From the IMG/VR virus record IMGVR_UViG_3300046532_004322, positions 1-64,000 of that record: a stretch of DNA of 64,000 nucleotides, one strand, 5' to 3'. The position numbers and the translations under genes are program-made. This document shows, piece after piece, positions 27,235 to 37,793 of the stretch (its first letter is position 1; the number at the start of each line of letters is the position of its first letter). The notes beneath the pieces are model-generated. The model saw only the letters and a program-made list of their open reading frames with translations, did no database searches and was not told the DNA's origin. The stretch is from a virus.

Positions 27235-27791
27235 TAATTGGAGTCTCAGGAGTAGCTAGATCAGGAAAGGATACTTTTTACAATCTACTTTGTAAATGTA
27301 TGGAAGCTGACGGAATGTATTTCAAGAGGTTTGCTTTTGCTGACAAACTAAAGGCAGATATAAGACTCCTTCTTAAAAATAATTTTAACATAGATATATA
27401 TAACTGCTCAGACGAAGATAAAGAAAAAGTCAGACCCTTAATGGTAACCTACGGAAAACTAGCTAGAGAAATAGACGAACAGTATTGGATTAATAAGCTT
27501 ATGCCTCAAATATTATCATATAAAGATCCACGGACCCCCGTCATAACCGACGTAAGATACGAAAACGAACAATTGTATCTTAAAAAACGTTTTGATAATT
27601 GCATAAATATCTATATATCAAGAGTAAATTTTAATCCAGCTAACGAAGAAGAAGCCTTGAACGATCCGAAGTTAAAAGAAAATGCCGACTATACATTACA
27701 CTGGGGCACTTTCAATAGATCGGAAGACGAAGGAATCCCTCAAGTTCAAAAATTTATAAATGAAAGAATTAAGCGACGAACAATTAATTAA
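27231..27791 (+). CDS. Deoxynucleoside monophosphate kinase
   Basis: GVARSGKDT P-loop, FADKLK, RPLM..YG, VITDVRYENE. Confidence 0.88.
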   Translation: MIIGVSGVARSGKDTFYNLLCKCMEADGMYFKRFAFADKLKADIRLLLKNNFNIDIYNCSDEDKEKVRPLMVTYGKLAREIDEQYWINKLMPQILSYKDPRTPVITDVRYENEQLYLKKRFDNCINIYISRVNFNPANEEEALNDPKLKENADYTLHWGTFNRSEDEGIPQVQKFINERIKRRTIN

Positions 27792-28365
27792 CAACATAAA
27801 GAAGGGGAATAAAGACAGCGAAGATCTGTCGGAATCTTTTCTGGAAATTTGTCACAGGCATAAAAATTTGTTTTATCAAACTATATATAAATATACCTGC
27901 GGAAGAAAGAAAATAGTTAGAGACGACTTTTTGAAAGATATATATATTATATTCTACAAATCTATTATGGATTTCAATGAAGCTAAAAATTCTAAATTTA
28001 GTACTTACTTGGCGAATAGAACTAAATGGATGTGCATAAACGATTATCACAAAAACAAAAAAGAAGATTACTTGATAAATATAGAGGACTCCACACTACA
28101 ACTAGAAGATAAAAGAGATAAGACTTTCGATCTATCAGACGTTAATGCCGTCTTATCTAAGATAAAAAAAGAAAAAGATAAAAGGCTTTTTAGGATATTC
28201 AATTTAAGATACTGCAAGGGCGAGGGTAATAAATTAATGCCCTGGAGACAGGTATGTAAAAATTCAAAGATAAATTTAAGTGTTCAAGGATGTATAAACG
28301 TCCACAATAATTATATTAACAAAATAAAAGTGAAAGGAAAGCGAAATGGCTTTTTACCTAAATAA
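27760..28365 (+). CDS. Phage-encoded sigma70-family sigma factor
   Basis: LSDEQLI; region-2-like KSIMDFNEAKNSKFSTYL; region-4-like IFNLRY...MPWRQV. Confidence 0.75.
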   Translation: MKELSDEQLINNIKKGNKDSEDLSESFLEICHRHKNLFYQTIYKYTCGRKKIVRDDFLKDIYIIFYKSIMDFNEAKNSKFSTYLANRTKWMCINDYHKNKKEDYLINIEDSTLQLEDKRDKTFDLSDVNAVLSKIKKEKDKRLFRIFNLRYCKGEGNKLMPWRQVCKNSKINLSVQGCINVHNNYINKIKVKGKRNGFLPK

Positions 28366-28864
28366 ATATGACGTAGTCGGAAATCTCGTTGCCGACCCAG
28401 AGTTAAAAAACATCGGAAAAGATAAAAAGGTTTGCAAGTTCAGAATTGCTGTAAACAATCCTCATAACGAAGAAGCCCTATTCTTCTATGTTGATGTATG
28501 GGGTAGAGAGGGGGAAAAGTGTGGAATGCTTAAGAAGGGAGCTTTAGTATTTATTACAAACGCTTCCGTAATCCCAAAGCAATACGAAAAAACAACTCCT
28601 TCTGGAGACGTAGTTAAAATGTCTACTTTTACTATAAACGTAGATGGTTATTGCGGAAAGGTACAATTTGGCCCTAAGTCCGAATCCGAATCCGAATCCG
28701 AATCTGAGCCTTCGTCAAAACCAAAATATAAAAAGCCCAACCCTCCCGCTAATAAAAAAGAGTCCAAAAAGGAACCTGTTGAAGATCCTGAACCTTCTGA
28801 AGATTCTTCCAATGCCGATTCGCCAGGAGAGATTTCTTCTTTTGAGGAGGAATTTGAGTTCTAA
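28346..28864 (+). CDS. ssb: Single-stranded DNA-binding protein
   Basis: LNK..VVGNLVADPELK, FRIAVN, VDVWG, LKKG, and an acidic tail ending EEEFEF. Confidence 0.92.
   Translation: MAFYLNKYDVVGNLVADPELKNIGKDKKVCKFRIAVNNPHNEEALFFYVDVWGREGEKCGMLKKGALVFITNASVIPKQYEKTTPSGDVVKMSTFTINVDGYCGKVQFGPKSESESESESEPSSKPKYKKPNPPANKKESKKEPVEDPEPSEDSSNADSPGEISSFEEEFEF
28679..28702 (+). repeat. (TCCGAA)4 microsatellite encoding SESESESE in the SSB linker
   Basis: Read directly from the sequence. Confidence 0.85.
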
Positions 28865-30162
28865 AGAAAGTGCGCTCCAGAATTTTTTTGAGGATTTGGG
28901 TTTTTAGGAATACTTTCGTCAATCTTATTAACTAAAGGTTCTTCAAGGTTTTTAGTAGGCTGTTCTTTAGCTATTATTATCTTTGGGGTTCTTAAAGCCA
29001 TCTTTGCCTTTTTTTTAGAAGATCTATCTCTAGTATTAAGAGAAAAAAGATCCTTAACTCTACCTAAAAGCATTCCATAAGAAGACTCTCCTTCTGACCC
29101 ATCCCTTATCTTTAGGTATGTTATTTGAGCCGCCACTATAAGAAGTATAGCTAAAGGATCGAATACAACCATAAGTACCAACACCAAGAACCTTACCGCT
29201 TGCCCTGAATCTATATCTTTTCCAGAAAAATCCTTAACCAAACCTACGAGATACTTTAGCGGCCCGATCTCTGCCTCCAGTGACCTTACAGATTCTCCAT
29301 ACTTATTCTTTTCTATTTGCATGGATTGAACAAGATCCATAGACTTTCTTATTTTTTGATCATACTCGTCTATCTTTCCTAGGTTGGCATTGCTTGAACT
29401 AGAATCTCTATTTCTATAATCCTCTATTATTTTACTAGACTTTTCAAATTCCTTATTAAATTCGTTCCTGAAGGTCTCTATATTAGAATTATATATTTCA
29501 ATATTTTTTGATATAAACATCCTTTCTTCCTTTTGATAGCTTACAAGTTCCTCTATCTTTTTCTTTTTGTTTGAAAATAGTCCACCCGAAGAAGCCTTTA
29601 AGTCACTTAATTCTTTATCTAGATTCTTCTTTATATTACTTAAACCACCAATCCTATTGGTTTCTATTTCTATATCTTCCCTTAACTTTTTTGTTAACCC
29701 TTCTATTTTAGATTGTTCTCTTTCTATTTCCTTATCAGATCTATTTTCAGAAGTGTCAGAATTATTCTTAAAATCTTTTATATTATTTTCGTATTTTTGA
29801 ATCAAGCCTTTTTCTTTTTCGATCTTGGTTTCTAGATTTTCCATCAACGCGACTTCATTGCTTGCAGAGTTTTGATGCTCAAGATGAGACTTACTTAAAA
29901 ATCCGAAAATACCCAAACTCGTTATACCCATTAGTACTAGGACCGCAAAGCAAAAATAGCCTTTTATCAAGAGAGACGTTTTTTTCCAGTTTCTATGGAG
30001 CCATAAAACGGTTATTATCTTCCCTATCTCAAGTACTATGCCCATTATGATTATGGAAGTTTTTGACCCAGGAAATATGCTAGCCAAGCCTAATATGCTA
30101 AAATATGCACCAACAAGAGATATAGCTAATGCAGATATTAATGTAGTTATAAAAGAAAACAT
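28861..30162 (-). CDS. Membrane protein with a long coiled coil (conserved large-phage type)
   Basis: Three N-terminal TM segments (YFSILGL, LEIGK, ITSLGIFGFLSK), a coiled coil, then EIGPLKY...VFDPLA TM. GTGTAA motif upstream at 30171. Confidence 0.75.
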   Translation of the reverse strand: MFSFITTLISALAISLVGAYFSILGLASIFPGSKTSIIIMGIVLEIGKIITVLWLHRNWKKTSLLIKGYFCFAVLVLMGITSLGIFGFLSKSHLEHQNSASNEVALMENLETKIEKEKGLIQKYENNIKDFKNNSDTSENRSDKEIEREQSKIEGLTKKLREDIEIETNRIGGLSNIKKNLDKELSDLKASSGGLFSNKKKKIEELVSYQKEERMFISKNIEIYNSNIETFRNEFNKEFEKSSKIIEDYRNRDSSSSNANLGKIDEYDQKIRKSMDLVQSMQIEKNKYGESVRSLEAEIGPLKYLVGLVKDFSGKDIDSGQAVRFLVLVLMVVFDPLAILLIVAAQITYLKIRDGSEGESSYGMLLGRVKDLFSLNTRDRSSKKKAKMALRTPKIIIAKEQPTKNLEEPLVNKIDESIPKNPNPQKNSGAHFL

Positions 30163-30194
30163 ACAGTAGTTTACACATAAAACCTTCTTTTTGG

Positions 30195-30222
30195 TTGATT
30201 TTATATTATTTTATTTTATAAT
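30195..30222 (+). promoter_or_regulatory. Sigma70-type promoter, probably giving a leaderless mRNA
   Basis: TTGATT-N16-TATAAT, ending 5 nt before the ATG at 30228. Confidence 0.55.
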
Positions 30223-30227
30223 AAGAT

Positions 30228-30617
30228 ATGCCAACCTACGTTTACAAGCATCCCAATGAAGAAAGGTATATTGAGGTAATTCAGTCAATGAACGACGAAC
30301 ACACACATTTTGACGAAGATGACGTTGAGTGGAAAAGGGTTTTCGTAAATCCTCAACTCAATGTCGAGTCCAATATTGATCCTTTTAGTAATGTAGATTT
30401 TATAGAAAAAACTGGAAAAATGAAAGGAAGCTATGGAGATGTAATGGATTTATCCAAAGAGCTTTCGGAAAAAAGAAAAGAAGCTAATGGAGGAATAGAT
30501 CCCGTAAAAAAATCTTATTATGAAAAATATTCTAAAGAAAGAAAAGGAGCCAAGCACCCACAACAAACAAAAGACGAGGGGTACGAAAGTAAGAACGTTA
30601 AAATAACATATGACTAA
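30228..30617 (+). CDS. FmdB-family-like protein lacking the zinc-ribbon cysteines
   Basis: MPTYVY...IEVIQSM...WKRVF N-terminus; the protein has no Cys. Confidence 0.6.
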   Translation: MPTYVYKHPNEERYIEVIQSMNDEHTHFDEDDVEWKRVFVNPQLNVESNIDPFSNVDFIEKTGKMKGSYGDVMDLSKELSEKRKEANGGIDPVKKSYYEKYSKERKGAKHPQQTKDEGYESKNVKITYD

Positions 30618-31150
30618 TGAGTATATCAATATATAAACCAACCGCCAAGAATACAGGATGCGCATTTAGCTTCAGATATGGAGTTCAAAAAGATGGAGAG
30701 CCCTGTCTTTTCTTAAACGCAATACATCAATACAGCTGGAACAAAGATTCTAAAACTGGATCTTTTTCTGCAAATTCTGGAGATCCAGCTAAGAATTTAA
30801 AAATAAAATTTAATGAATTCGAGTGTGGTTCAATATTAAGTTCATTTAAGAGGCGTTACGAATATAATACCTTCCATACTTACGAGGAAAATAAAACAAC
30901 AATAAAAATATCTCCTTGGGATAAAGAAATAAAAATTTCTTTCCTAAATCACTCTACAAAAAAAATAGAAGAAAAGAAGCAAAAGATTCCCGCCTTTGGT
31001 ATATCCGTAACCAGAAACGGGTCTGATAACTTCAAGATATCTCTAGAGCCTGGAGAGGTAGAGGTTATCTCTGAATTTATAAGGTCTATTTTATCGAGAA
31101 TAACTGAATTCAGAATTTCAAATCAGATAGAAAATATAAAAAACTCTTGA
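30617..31150 (+). CDS. Hypothetical protein (possible Whirly/PC4-like nucleic-acid-binding fold)
   Basis: Two beta-beta-beta-alpha-like halves (IKFNEFECG and ISLEPGEV). The function is a weak inference. Confidence 0.45.
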   Translation: MSISIYKPTAKNTGCAFSFRYGVQKDGEPCLFLNAIHQYSWNKDSKTGSFSANSGDPAKNLKIKFNEFECGSILSSFKRRYEYNTFHTYEENKTTIKISPWDKEIKISFLNHSTKKIEEKKQKIPAFGISVTRNGSDNFKISLEPGEVEVISEFIRSILSRITEFRISNQIENIKNS

Positions 31151-31175
31151 CATATTGAATCGCATATGGTATTAT
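31147..31175 (+). promoter_or_regulatory. Sigma70 promoter
   Basis: TTGACA-N17-TATTAT with TGn extension; it favours a start at ATG 31183. Confidence 0.7.
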
Positions 31176-31182
31176 ATTGACT

Positions 31183-32031
31183 ATGCCAAAAGGAAGACCT
31201 AAAAAAGAAGTCACTCCCGATGCCGAAAAGTTGACATCGATAATGGAAGAAGTAAATATGGAAGAAGTAACATCCACAGATAATAGTTTTGGTCCGTCAC
31301 TCTTCAAAAGAGACGAACACGGCCTACTTGAGAACGCTAAATACACCTTTAATGAAGACGGCTCTATAAACTGGAGGTCTATGGTTAAGGAAGAACATTT
31401 ATTCCCTAATAAAGCATGGTTTGAAAGGTTTAAAAAACCTATTCCAAAAACAATAGATGGACTAAAAGACCATCAACTGTTAATTAAGCTTTCAGGAATT
31501 AAGGAGCTAGCTAGACTAAGGGGTTTTGACTCCGTATCTTATGAAGTGTCAAAATGTGAACTAAACCACGTCGCTGCAAAATGTTCGGTATCCTTCATTC
31601 CTAACTACGAGACGGGAGGGAGATCTATATTCTACGAAGACATGGCAAACGCTACAACCAATAATTGTAGTAGTTTTGCAGTTAAATTTCTAGAGACAAT
31701 AGCCTGTAATAGATCCTTTGTGAGAGCAGTCAGAAACTTTCTCAATATCCATATCGTAGGACTAGACGAAATGGATACCTCCGATTCAAACTCCATTAAT
31801 CAAGCACAAGGCTCCAGCCAATCATCTCTATCCATACAGTCCAGCCTTGAGAAGAACGCAAAAGACCTACTTGACTGCGTTGACTTTGATGACTTCCTCA
31901 CTTATTTAAAGGAGCTAAAAGACTCCAATTCTTATATATGTAAAGAAGTAGAATCTTGGTCTAGCTTTTCAGATATTCCATCTAAAGAAGCTAGGGTTTT
32001 ATTAAAATTAATCAAAGAGACGTACTCTTAA
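31183..32031 (+). CDS. Putative Rad52/Sak-like single-strand annealing protein
   Basis: LIKLSGIKELA...ETIACNRSFVRAVRNFLNI..V..DEM resembles the (M)AETRA..RA.R motif. Located near ssb. Confidence 0.55.
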   Translation: MPKGRPKKEVTPDAEKLTSIMEEVNMEEVTSTDNSFGPSLFKRDEHGLLENAKYTFNEDGSINWRSMVKEEHLFPNKAWFERFKKPIPKTIDGLKDHQLLIKLSGIKELARLRGFDSVSYEVSKCELNHVAAKCSVSFIPNYETGGRSIFYEDMANATTNNCSSFAVKFLETIACNRSFVRAVRNFLNIHIVGLDEMDTSDSNSINQAQGSSQSSLSIQSSLEKNAKDLLDCVDFDDFLTYLKELKDSNSYICKEVESWSSFSDIPSKEARVLLKLIKETYS

Positions 32032-32378
32032 TTATTTATTCTTTTTAATACTGGGTGTATTAAGACAGGATAAGATAAAAAAGAAATTGGTATTATATAA
32101 ATAGGTGCCTGAAAAAAATAGTAAAATGCGAAAGAAACTATTGCACCAACCCAATGACTTAAGCATATTGAGCAAGACAATAATTCTCCAAGAATTCCCC
32201 AATTAAACCCAACGTAATCGTCAAAATCCATTGGGGTATAAACTTCAGCTTTTCTCCTTCTTAAGAAAAGCCAGGCCTTTAGCATTTTAACTTTTAAAGT
32301 TGTTGCTTGCCAAGAAAGCATACAATTTAGGGATATTAAATATCCCCATAAATAAAATTCAATTATTTCCGAGGTCAC
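32028..32378 (-). CDS. DUF1360-like membrane protein
   Basis: GELLSCSICLSHWVG motif plus TM segments; GTG start. Confidence 0.65.
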   Translation of the reverse strand: MTSEIIEFYLWGYLISLNCMLSWQATTLKVKMLKAWLFLRRRKAEVYTPMDFDDYVGFNWGILGELLSCSICLSHWVGAIVSFAFYYFFQAPIYIIPISFLSYPVLIHPVLKRINN

Positions 32379-32816
32379 TTAAAGCTTTCCAAATGGAGCT
32401 CTTGTAATGTCTTGAACTTCATTTTCTTGCTTTTCCTCTTGACTTACCCCAGGCTCCACTACCTCTTTGTTTCCTCCAGGGTTTGGAGGTATTAATTCTG
32501 GACTAACATAGCCAGGAGGTTGCTGACGCTGGCTTGCATTTGAGTTTTGTGGTGGATTGGGCTGTTGCCTTACGGGAGGCTTTGCTGCACTTGGGGGTGG
32601 AGCCTTTGGATCTATCTCTGAATTTAATATACCCATTATCCTTTGCGTGTATTTAGCTCTGCATGCATTCCTAATGCACTGAGTACACCCAGGTTGAACT
32701 AATTCTTTTTTATACGCATCCCTTAAGGGTACAAAGTTTTCCCGATATTCAGATTCCAATAGTTCAGAACTGTCATCTAAGAAGTTATTTAATATTTTAA
32801 ACTTATCTTGTTCCAT
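32379..32816 (-). CDS. Hypothetical CxxC protein with a Pro/Gln-rich tail
   Basis: Likely start MEQDK at 32814-32816 after an AT-rich spacer (the ORF-track 5' extension overlaps the next gene). Contains PGCTQCIRNAC. Confidence 0.65.
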   Translation of the reverse strand: MEQDKFKILNNFLDDSSELLESEYRENFVPLRDAYKKELVQPGCTQCIRNACRAKYTQRIMGILNSEIDPKAPPPSAAKPPVRQQPNPPQNSNASQRQQPPGYVSPELIPPNPGGNKEVVEPGVSQEEKQENEVQDITRAPFGKL

Positions 32817-32866
32817 ATATATTATATTAATAAAAAATAATAAAAAATCAAGTTCTTTTTGAAAAA

Positions 32867-34750
32867 TTAAAAGTTTTCTTTTTTTATTGTTATCACTCCA
32901 CCTATTTTTGATTGATGGATCGTAGGCTTTGATTGCCATCCTAATGGATTTTGAGCGTCCTCTTTGTCTTCGTTCCAAGTTATGAAATACCCAGGTCCAC
33001 TTTCATTACCCGCTGTTTGTAAAGAATCTAGAAAATATATATATCTTCCTGAAGCACAAGACTTTATTGGAGACCATGTATATTCAAAATTATCATACCC
33101 CACGCTAGGATTGGTTCTGAAAAAATTTGGAATGGTTGAGGCTGATATCCACCCCGAGCAACTCGTTCCCTTCTTGTTCGTTAATCCTGTAAAAGTTTTT
33201 TTATCAAATCCATCCTCTTTAATCGTCATGCCTAACCCTTTCCAGCATGCCACATGAACCTTTTGGTTTTCAAATCTTCTAACGTCCGAAACAAAACACT
33301 CTGTATTATCAGCTGTTATATTTAAGTCGTTTATCAAACTTAAGTTAAATGACATCATGCCATACGTATTACGCACAGATGAATACACCCAGCTTAAAAA
33401 CCCCCCCAACAAACCTAAGTCTCCACAATTATGTATTGATTTTGGTATTCCAGGCTTATCTGGAATAATTTCCGTTATGTTTAAATCATTATTAAACGTA
33501 CAACTCTCTTCATTTCCATCCCCAAAATCATGTACCCCAGAAAAATGAGACCCAGTAGGTGCATTTTTCGAATACCTTGTTCCAGTTGTCAGGTATATTT
33601 TTTCACCATCTGCAGTGATTGACTTTATGGGCTGTTTATACTCAGTCGATCCGTTTGCAATAAAGTTATGACTATTATGGACATGAACATAATCCCTTTT
33701 CCCATGCTCTTGCGGATTCTCTGTATCATCTATTATTGGCCTTGAGGCTATATACCTTAATGCACCCCCTTCGTATTCCATGTCTTGACTAGTAGACTCT
33801 TTACTATAAGTTCTTCCCATTGCTATATAAATAGAATAATCCCCCGATCCATCTATATCACCATCCATCAAGTAAATGTCATTTATTCCAAAATCCCTTC
33901 CTCCAGTCACTCCAGCCAGGGCCGTCTTAAAAACAAGCGAGTTAGGGCTAGTAGGAAGAATAGGCACCCCTCCCTCTAACGTTTCGAATTCATCTATTCT
34001 TAAAACTTCAACACCTAAAGGATCTATATCGTCTGGATAATTATTGTAATTTTGATCGAACTGATGCCATAATCCTTCATTAGCTGGTTTAGCGTATCCA
34101 GTTGTTCCAATAAATAGAAACTCTTTATGTCTTACTACTTTATTGAAAATCGTGCTCTTTGGATTATTTGGGTCAAGATCTACAGCATCACGAACCCTAC
34201 TTGAGTTTCCCGTTTCAGTATCTACATAATATAATCCACCTTGCCCTACCGCTACATATATTTTTCTTGATTTTTTTGAACTACACAACGAATACGCTCC
34301 ATGAAATGGGGATAGTTCATATCCATACAAACTACCTTTATTCCCGCCTATTACCAAACCTCCAGCAAGAGACTCATCTGAGCTTCTTGAAGCCAGTCCT
34401 AATTCTGTCTGTATTGTTCTTTCCAGAACCAAGGTTCCATTTTCATTTTTAAATACCTGGACTCCAAGATCTCCGCTTGCTACATAAACATACCTCCCTC
34501 CCTTTTCTGACATTATGTCATACCCAAATATTCCTACGTTTTCATCTTCATTCATATTGAACCCGTCTGAATGAAACTTTGAGTTATATGGCCCATCGGG
34601 ATGAGAGTCATCTAGCGGAAAATCTATTTCTGGATTTTGCTTTCTATTGTCCCCAATATTTAATATATCCCAATTAAGTGAACATGATCCAGTATATCCC
34701 AGTATTCTATATTCACCTACCCCCTGATCACAGCAATTACCGAAGCCCAT
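32867..34750 (-). CDS. Beta-propeller tail-tip/receptor-binding protein (LVIVD-like)
   Basis: Repeats YVYVASGDLGVQVF, IYVAVGQGGLYYVD, FLFIGT, IYIAMG, IYLTTG; lies downstream of the tail-tip genes. Confidence 0.6.
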   Translation of the reverse strand: MGFGNCCDQGVGEYRILGYTGSCSLNWDILNIGDNRKQNPEIDFPLDDSHPDGPYNSKFHSDGFNMNEDENVGIFGYDIMSEKGGRYVYVASGDLGVQVFKNENGTLVLERTIQTELGLASRSSDESLAGGLVIGGNKGSLYGYELSPFHGAYSLCSSKKSRKIYVAVGQGGLYYVDTETGNSSRVRDAVDLDPNNPKSTIFNKVVRHKEFLFIGTTGYAKPANEGLWHQFDQNYNNYPDDIDPLGVEVLRIDEFETLEGGVPILPTSPNSLVFKTALAGVTGGRDFGINDIYLMDGDIDGSGDYSIYIAMGRTYSKESTSQDMEYEGGALRYIASRPIIDDTENPQEHGKRDYVHVHNSHNFIANGSTEYKQPIKSITADGEKIYLTTGTRYSKNAPTGSHFSGVHDFGDGNEESCTFNNDLNITEIIPDKPGIPKSIHNCGDLGLLGGFLSWVYSSVRNTYGMMSFNLSLINDLNITADNTECFVSDVRRFENQKVHVACWKGLGMTIKEDGFDKKTFTGLTNKKGTSCSGWISASTIPNFFRTNPSVGYDNFEYTWSPIKSCASGRYIYFLDSLQTAGNESGPGYFITWNEDKEDAQNPLGWQSKPTIHQSKIGGVITIKKENF

Positions 34751-34753
34751 TTG

Positions 34754-35155
34754 TTAATCTACATCATAAGGTTCGCTGGCAAAAACCAATATCTTTTGCT
34801 TATTGCCATCGGCATCACAATAATCAAGCTCTCTAAGCTTCATGGTTATTATTTCGCCTTCGTTTCTTTGCGGGTCTTGATCCGTAAATTCTTCGGTTTT
34901 ATCATCATCAATTTCATTAAATACTTTTCCAGTATCGATTTCAAGCATTATGTTTAACCCCTCGCTGGAATTGTCCTTGGAATCATCGGTACAAATTTTA
35001 ATGAACTGCATCTTTTTTTCTACGTAAGGCTCTCCGAGCTCTTTCCCAGAACTGGCTTTCCCCGTTCCTATCTCATAGCCCACTCTGGGCTCATCTTCGC
35101 CAGTAACTTCTGATTTGTGGTGGCGAACTAATGGTGTTGGATGAATTCTTTTCAT
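34754..35155 (-). CDS. Hypothetical tail-associated protein
   Basis: Acidic ORF in the tail operon. Confidence 0.55.
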   Translation of the reverse strand: MKRIHPTPLVRHHKSEVTGEDEPRVGYEIGTGKASSGKELGEPYVEKKMQFIKICTDDSKDNSSEGLNIMLEIDTGKVFNEIDDDKTEEFTDQDPQRNEGEIITMKLRELDYCDADGNKQKILVFASEPYDVD

Positions 35156-35159
35156 TTTT

Positions 35160-37793
35160 TTACATTATAAGGTTCATTCGGCTTGCTCTTGCAGCACTAA
35201 TTCCCAGGTAATCTGGTAACATAACTTTTTGAGAAAACGCATAACTTGCAGTTAAGGTTCCACCGCTAACGTTTATACTCATTGATTCTAAATATTTTTT
35301 TGTGTTTATCCAGTCATTATGCGAGAAGTCTATCAGTTCTCCAACTAGAGTAAATTCTATCCTGTCCAAACTTTCAACACATGCTGGACCCTGATTTAAG
35401 AATAGATTGTATGCATTTAGATTAATCTTTCCATCCGTTCCATAATATCTATTATAATGGTTTGATCCATCCTTAAACTCTGTAGTTAATTCTGCTGAAA
35501 AGGTTTTTAAATTTCTATTTGGATGAATACATCCAGCATTCCCCTCCAGTGAATTATGCCTTAATACCTTTTGTACATGAACTGGGTTTGACTCACTCCC
35601 ACTTACGGGAAGCTGTCCTGGTACCCAAAGGGGTTGACCCTGCCATCCCTGACCAACGTTTTCTATTTGTCTATATGTCGGGGAGGTCCTAGTTCCCGAT
35701 CCATAATATCTTAATGTATCATTTATCTCACTCCCGCCATGACTAATAGTGTCACGGCCTGCGTTTTCAAAAATAGTTTGTCCGAATTCACGTAAATCAT
35801 TTAAAATATTAAAAACTATCGGAGTTCCTCCATATAAAGGAATAACTAAAATATCATCACTATAATCTTCTCCAGGAAGATGTGGAAATGAATAATTTGA
35901 ATAAAAGGACTTTTCTTCTGTATATGCAGAGATTATTTCCGAAGCTTCTTCTTGGTAATATACGGGCTTTACTCCTTTGTCCGTTAATATAATTCCTTGC
36001 AACCCTTCAGATTCATCAGGAAACTGGCTAGGAAGTATTGGTAGCGACGCCTTTCCCCCAATTGCACTCCCAGACCCAAAGAAGAAATCCTTAACCGTCA
36101 TATCATCATACCCAGTAGCTTCAAAATTACTAAAAAATGAAAATGGAGAATCCTTAATTTTTGTCGTTACCGAAACAAATGACACTTCGCTCCCTTCATC
36201 CGTATACCAACTTTTTGACCCGCAAGGATCATACGAAGTTCCTAGAGTTTCAAAAGAAAACGTATCCATAAAGTCATTAACGGTATATCCATATACATCT
36301 CCATTTTGAGTTATTGCTTTGTATCCCCACTTCGATTTTATTTGCCACCTTTCTTCGTTTCCTAGAAAAAACTCCATAACTGCAGGATTAACTCTTTCTC
36401 CTTCGGGAGATTCAGTATTTAAATAGCAATTCTTCCACGGCCCTGGAGAATTTATTTCTTCTGGGTCCTTACCCCAGGAATTAACCCATTCAACTAAGTC
36501 TCCTGCGTTTTCAAAAACCTCATAGCGATCTACATTAATCTCTCCTTCTTCGTCCTTAAACTCTGAAAACTTATTAAGCAATGCGAGTTTTCTGTCTTCA
36601 TTCACGACCCTTGAGGTTCCAGAATCTCCGTTATATGCTCCAAATGCAAGTTCATATTCTTGAGCTAATCCAGCTTCGTGCATTTTTTCAACAGCGAAAG
36701 CCTGAGCTTGCCCTGGAGTAGAACTTGGTAATTTATGACTATATTTATCGCTATTAATTTTTTGCGACCATCCAGTTATTACATCTTGAAGCTCAAATAT
36801 CGCATCGGTTTCATCCGCATCAGATTCCCTGAAGTTTATTTCCATCGTATGTGCATTCCCTCCGCTTTTTGAATCTGGTTCGGAATTTGGATTAGTACCA
36901 TTGGACCACTTTCTAATAAACGCCCCAGAACTATATCCAGACAAATAATCTTTTTCCAAAGATGAGCTTATTGCGCTATCTGGAACAACTACTCCAGCAC
37001 TTTGCAAAACTTCTTTTTTTCCAAAATCGCTCCCTAGCGAATGAATATAAAAACCTCCAAGAAACGGATTCGCAACAAAAATTTTTGAAAACCTTGATAA
37101 TATTGAATTCATTACATCAAAAAATGAACCTGTATCAGAATATAACCCCGATACCCCCTGTAGTTCTTGAACGGGCAAAGGTAATGGACTTACTGAGAAC
37201 AGCTTTCCAGCGGGATAAAGGATTTGTCCGTGCTCTAAAGTTGGGTCTGGTACATTTCCTATCATCCCCCCCATATCTCCATTTTCCTTGTTTTTCCAGT
37301 GGTTCGGGTTTGAGGCTAAATTACCTGCTGAATTTATATAATGACTTCCGTCTTTAACTCTGTTATAATATGAAAGAAGCCTATTTCTTGAGAATAATAA
37401 ATCTTGTGGTATCCCAATCCCTTCTGGATCAGGAAGCCCCCTTACTGAATAATATTCATCCCCAATCATTACATCCCCACCAATTCTTCCAGAAAGTCCC
37501 ACCATAAAACTTGCAGCCGTTATTGATGCGTGGTCCTGTAATGAGTATGAAGTAATCACTCCAGACTCTGATCTAGAAGACTTTGCTTTTACAACCTTAA
37601 ATTCTTCTTCGAGAAAGGGTAAGACATCTCCAAAATTGTTTTTTAAACTAAATATATCTCCATCCAAGTCGGGCTCGTCCTTAGCTCCTAATACTTGAAC
37701 CTCAACGGATGTATTATTAAACGATCCAGAATTAAATGATACCGATGAAAAATTCTTACAGAATTCGTCTATGTTTTTTATTAAACAGCTCAT
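35160..37793 (-). CDS. Putative baseplate hub/Tal-like protein
   Basis: Synteny after the TMP and Dit-like genes; DVMNSILSRF..IF and a C-terminal LESMSINVSGGTLTASYAF. Confidence 0.5.
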   Translation of the reverse strand: MSCLIKNIDEFCKNFSSVSFNSGSFNNTSVEVQVLGAKDEPDLDGDIFSLKNNFGDVLPFLEEEFKVVKAKSSRSESGVITSYSLQDHASITAASFMVGLSGRIGGDVMIGDEYYSVRGLPDPEGIGIPQDLLFSRNRLLSYYNRVKDGSHYINSAGNLASNPNHWKNKENGDMGGMIGNVPDPTLEHGQILYPAGKLFSVSPLPLPVQELQGVSGLYSDTGSFFDVMNSILSRFSKIFVANPFLGGFYIHSLGSDFGKKEVLQSAGVVVPDSAISSSLEKDYLSGYSSGAFIRKWSNGTNPNSEPDSKSGGNAHTMEINFRESDADETDAIFELQDVITGWSQKINSDKYSHKLPSSTPGQAQAFAVEKMHEAGLAQEYELAFGAYNGDSGTSRVVNEDRKLALLNKFSEFKDEEGEINVDRYEVFENAGDLVEWVNSWGKDPEEINSPGPWKNCYLNTESPEGERVNPAVMEFFLGNEERWQIKSKWGYKAITQNGDVYGYTVNDFMDTFSFETLGTSYDPCGSKSWYTDEGSEVSFVSVTTKIKDSPFSFFSNFEATGYDDMTVKDFFFGSGSAIGGKASLPILPSQFPDESEGLQGIILTDKGVKPVYYQEEASEIISAYTEEKSFYSNYSFPHLPGEDYSDDILVIPLYGGTPIVFNILNDLREFGQTIFENAGRDTISHGGSEINDTLRYYGSGTRTSPTYRQIENVGQGWQGQPLWVPGQLPVSGSESNPVHVQKVLRHNSLEGNAGCIHPNRNLKTFSAELTTEFKDGSNHYNRYYGTDGKINLNAYNLFLNQGPACVESLDRIEFTLVGELIDFSHNDWINTKKYLESMSINVSGGTLTASYAFSQKVMLPDYLGISAARASRMNLIM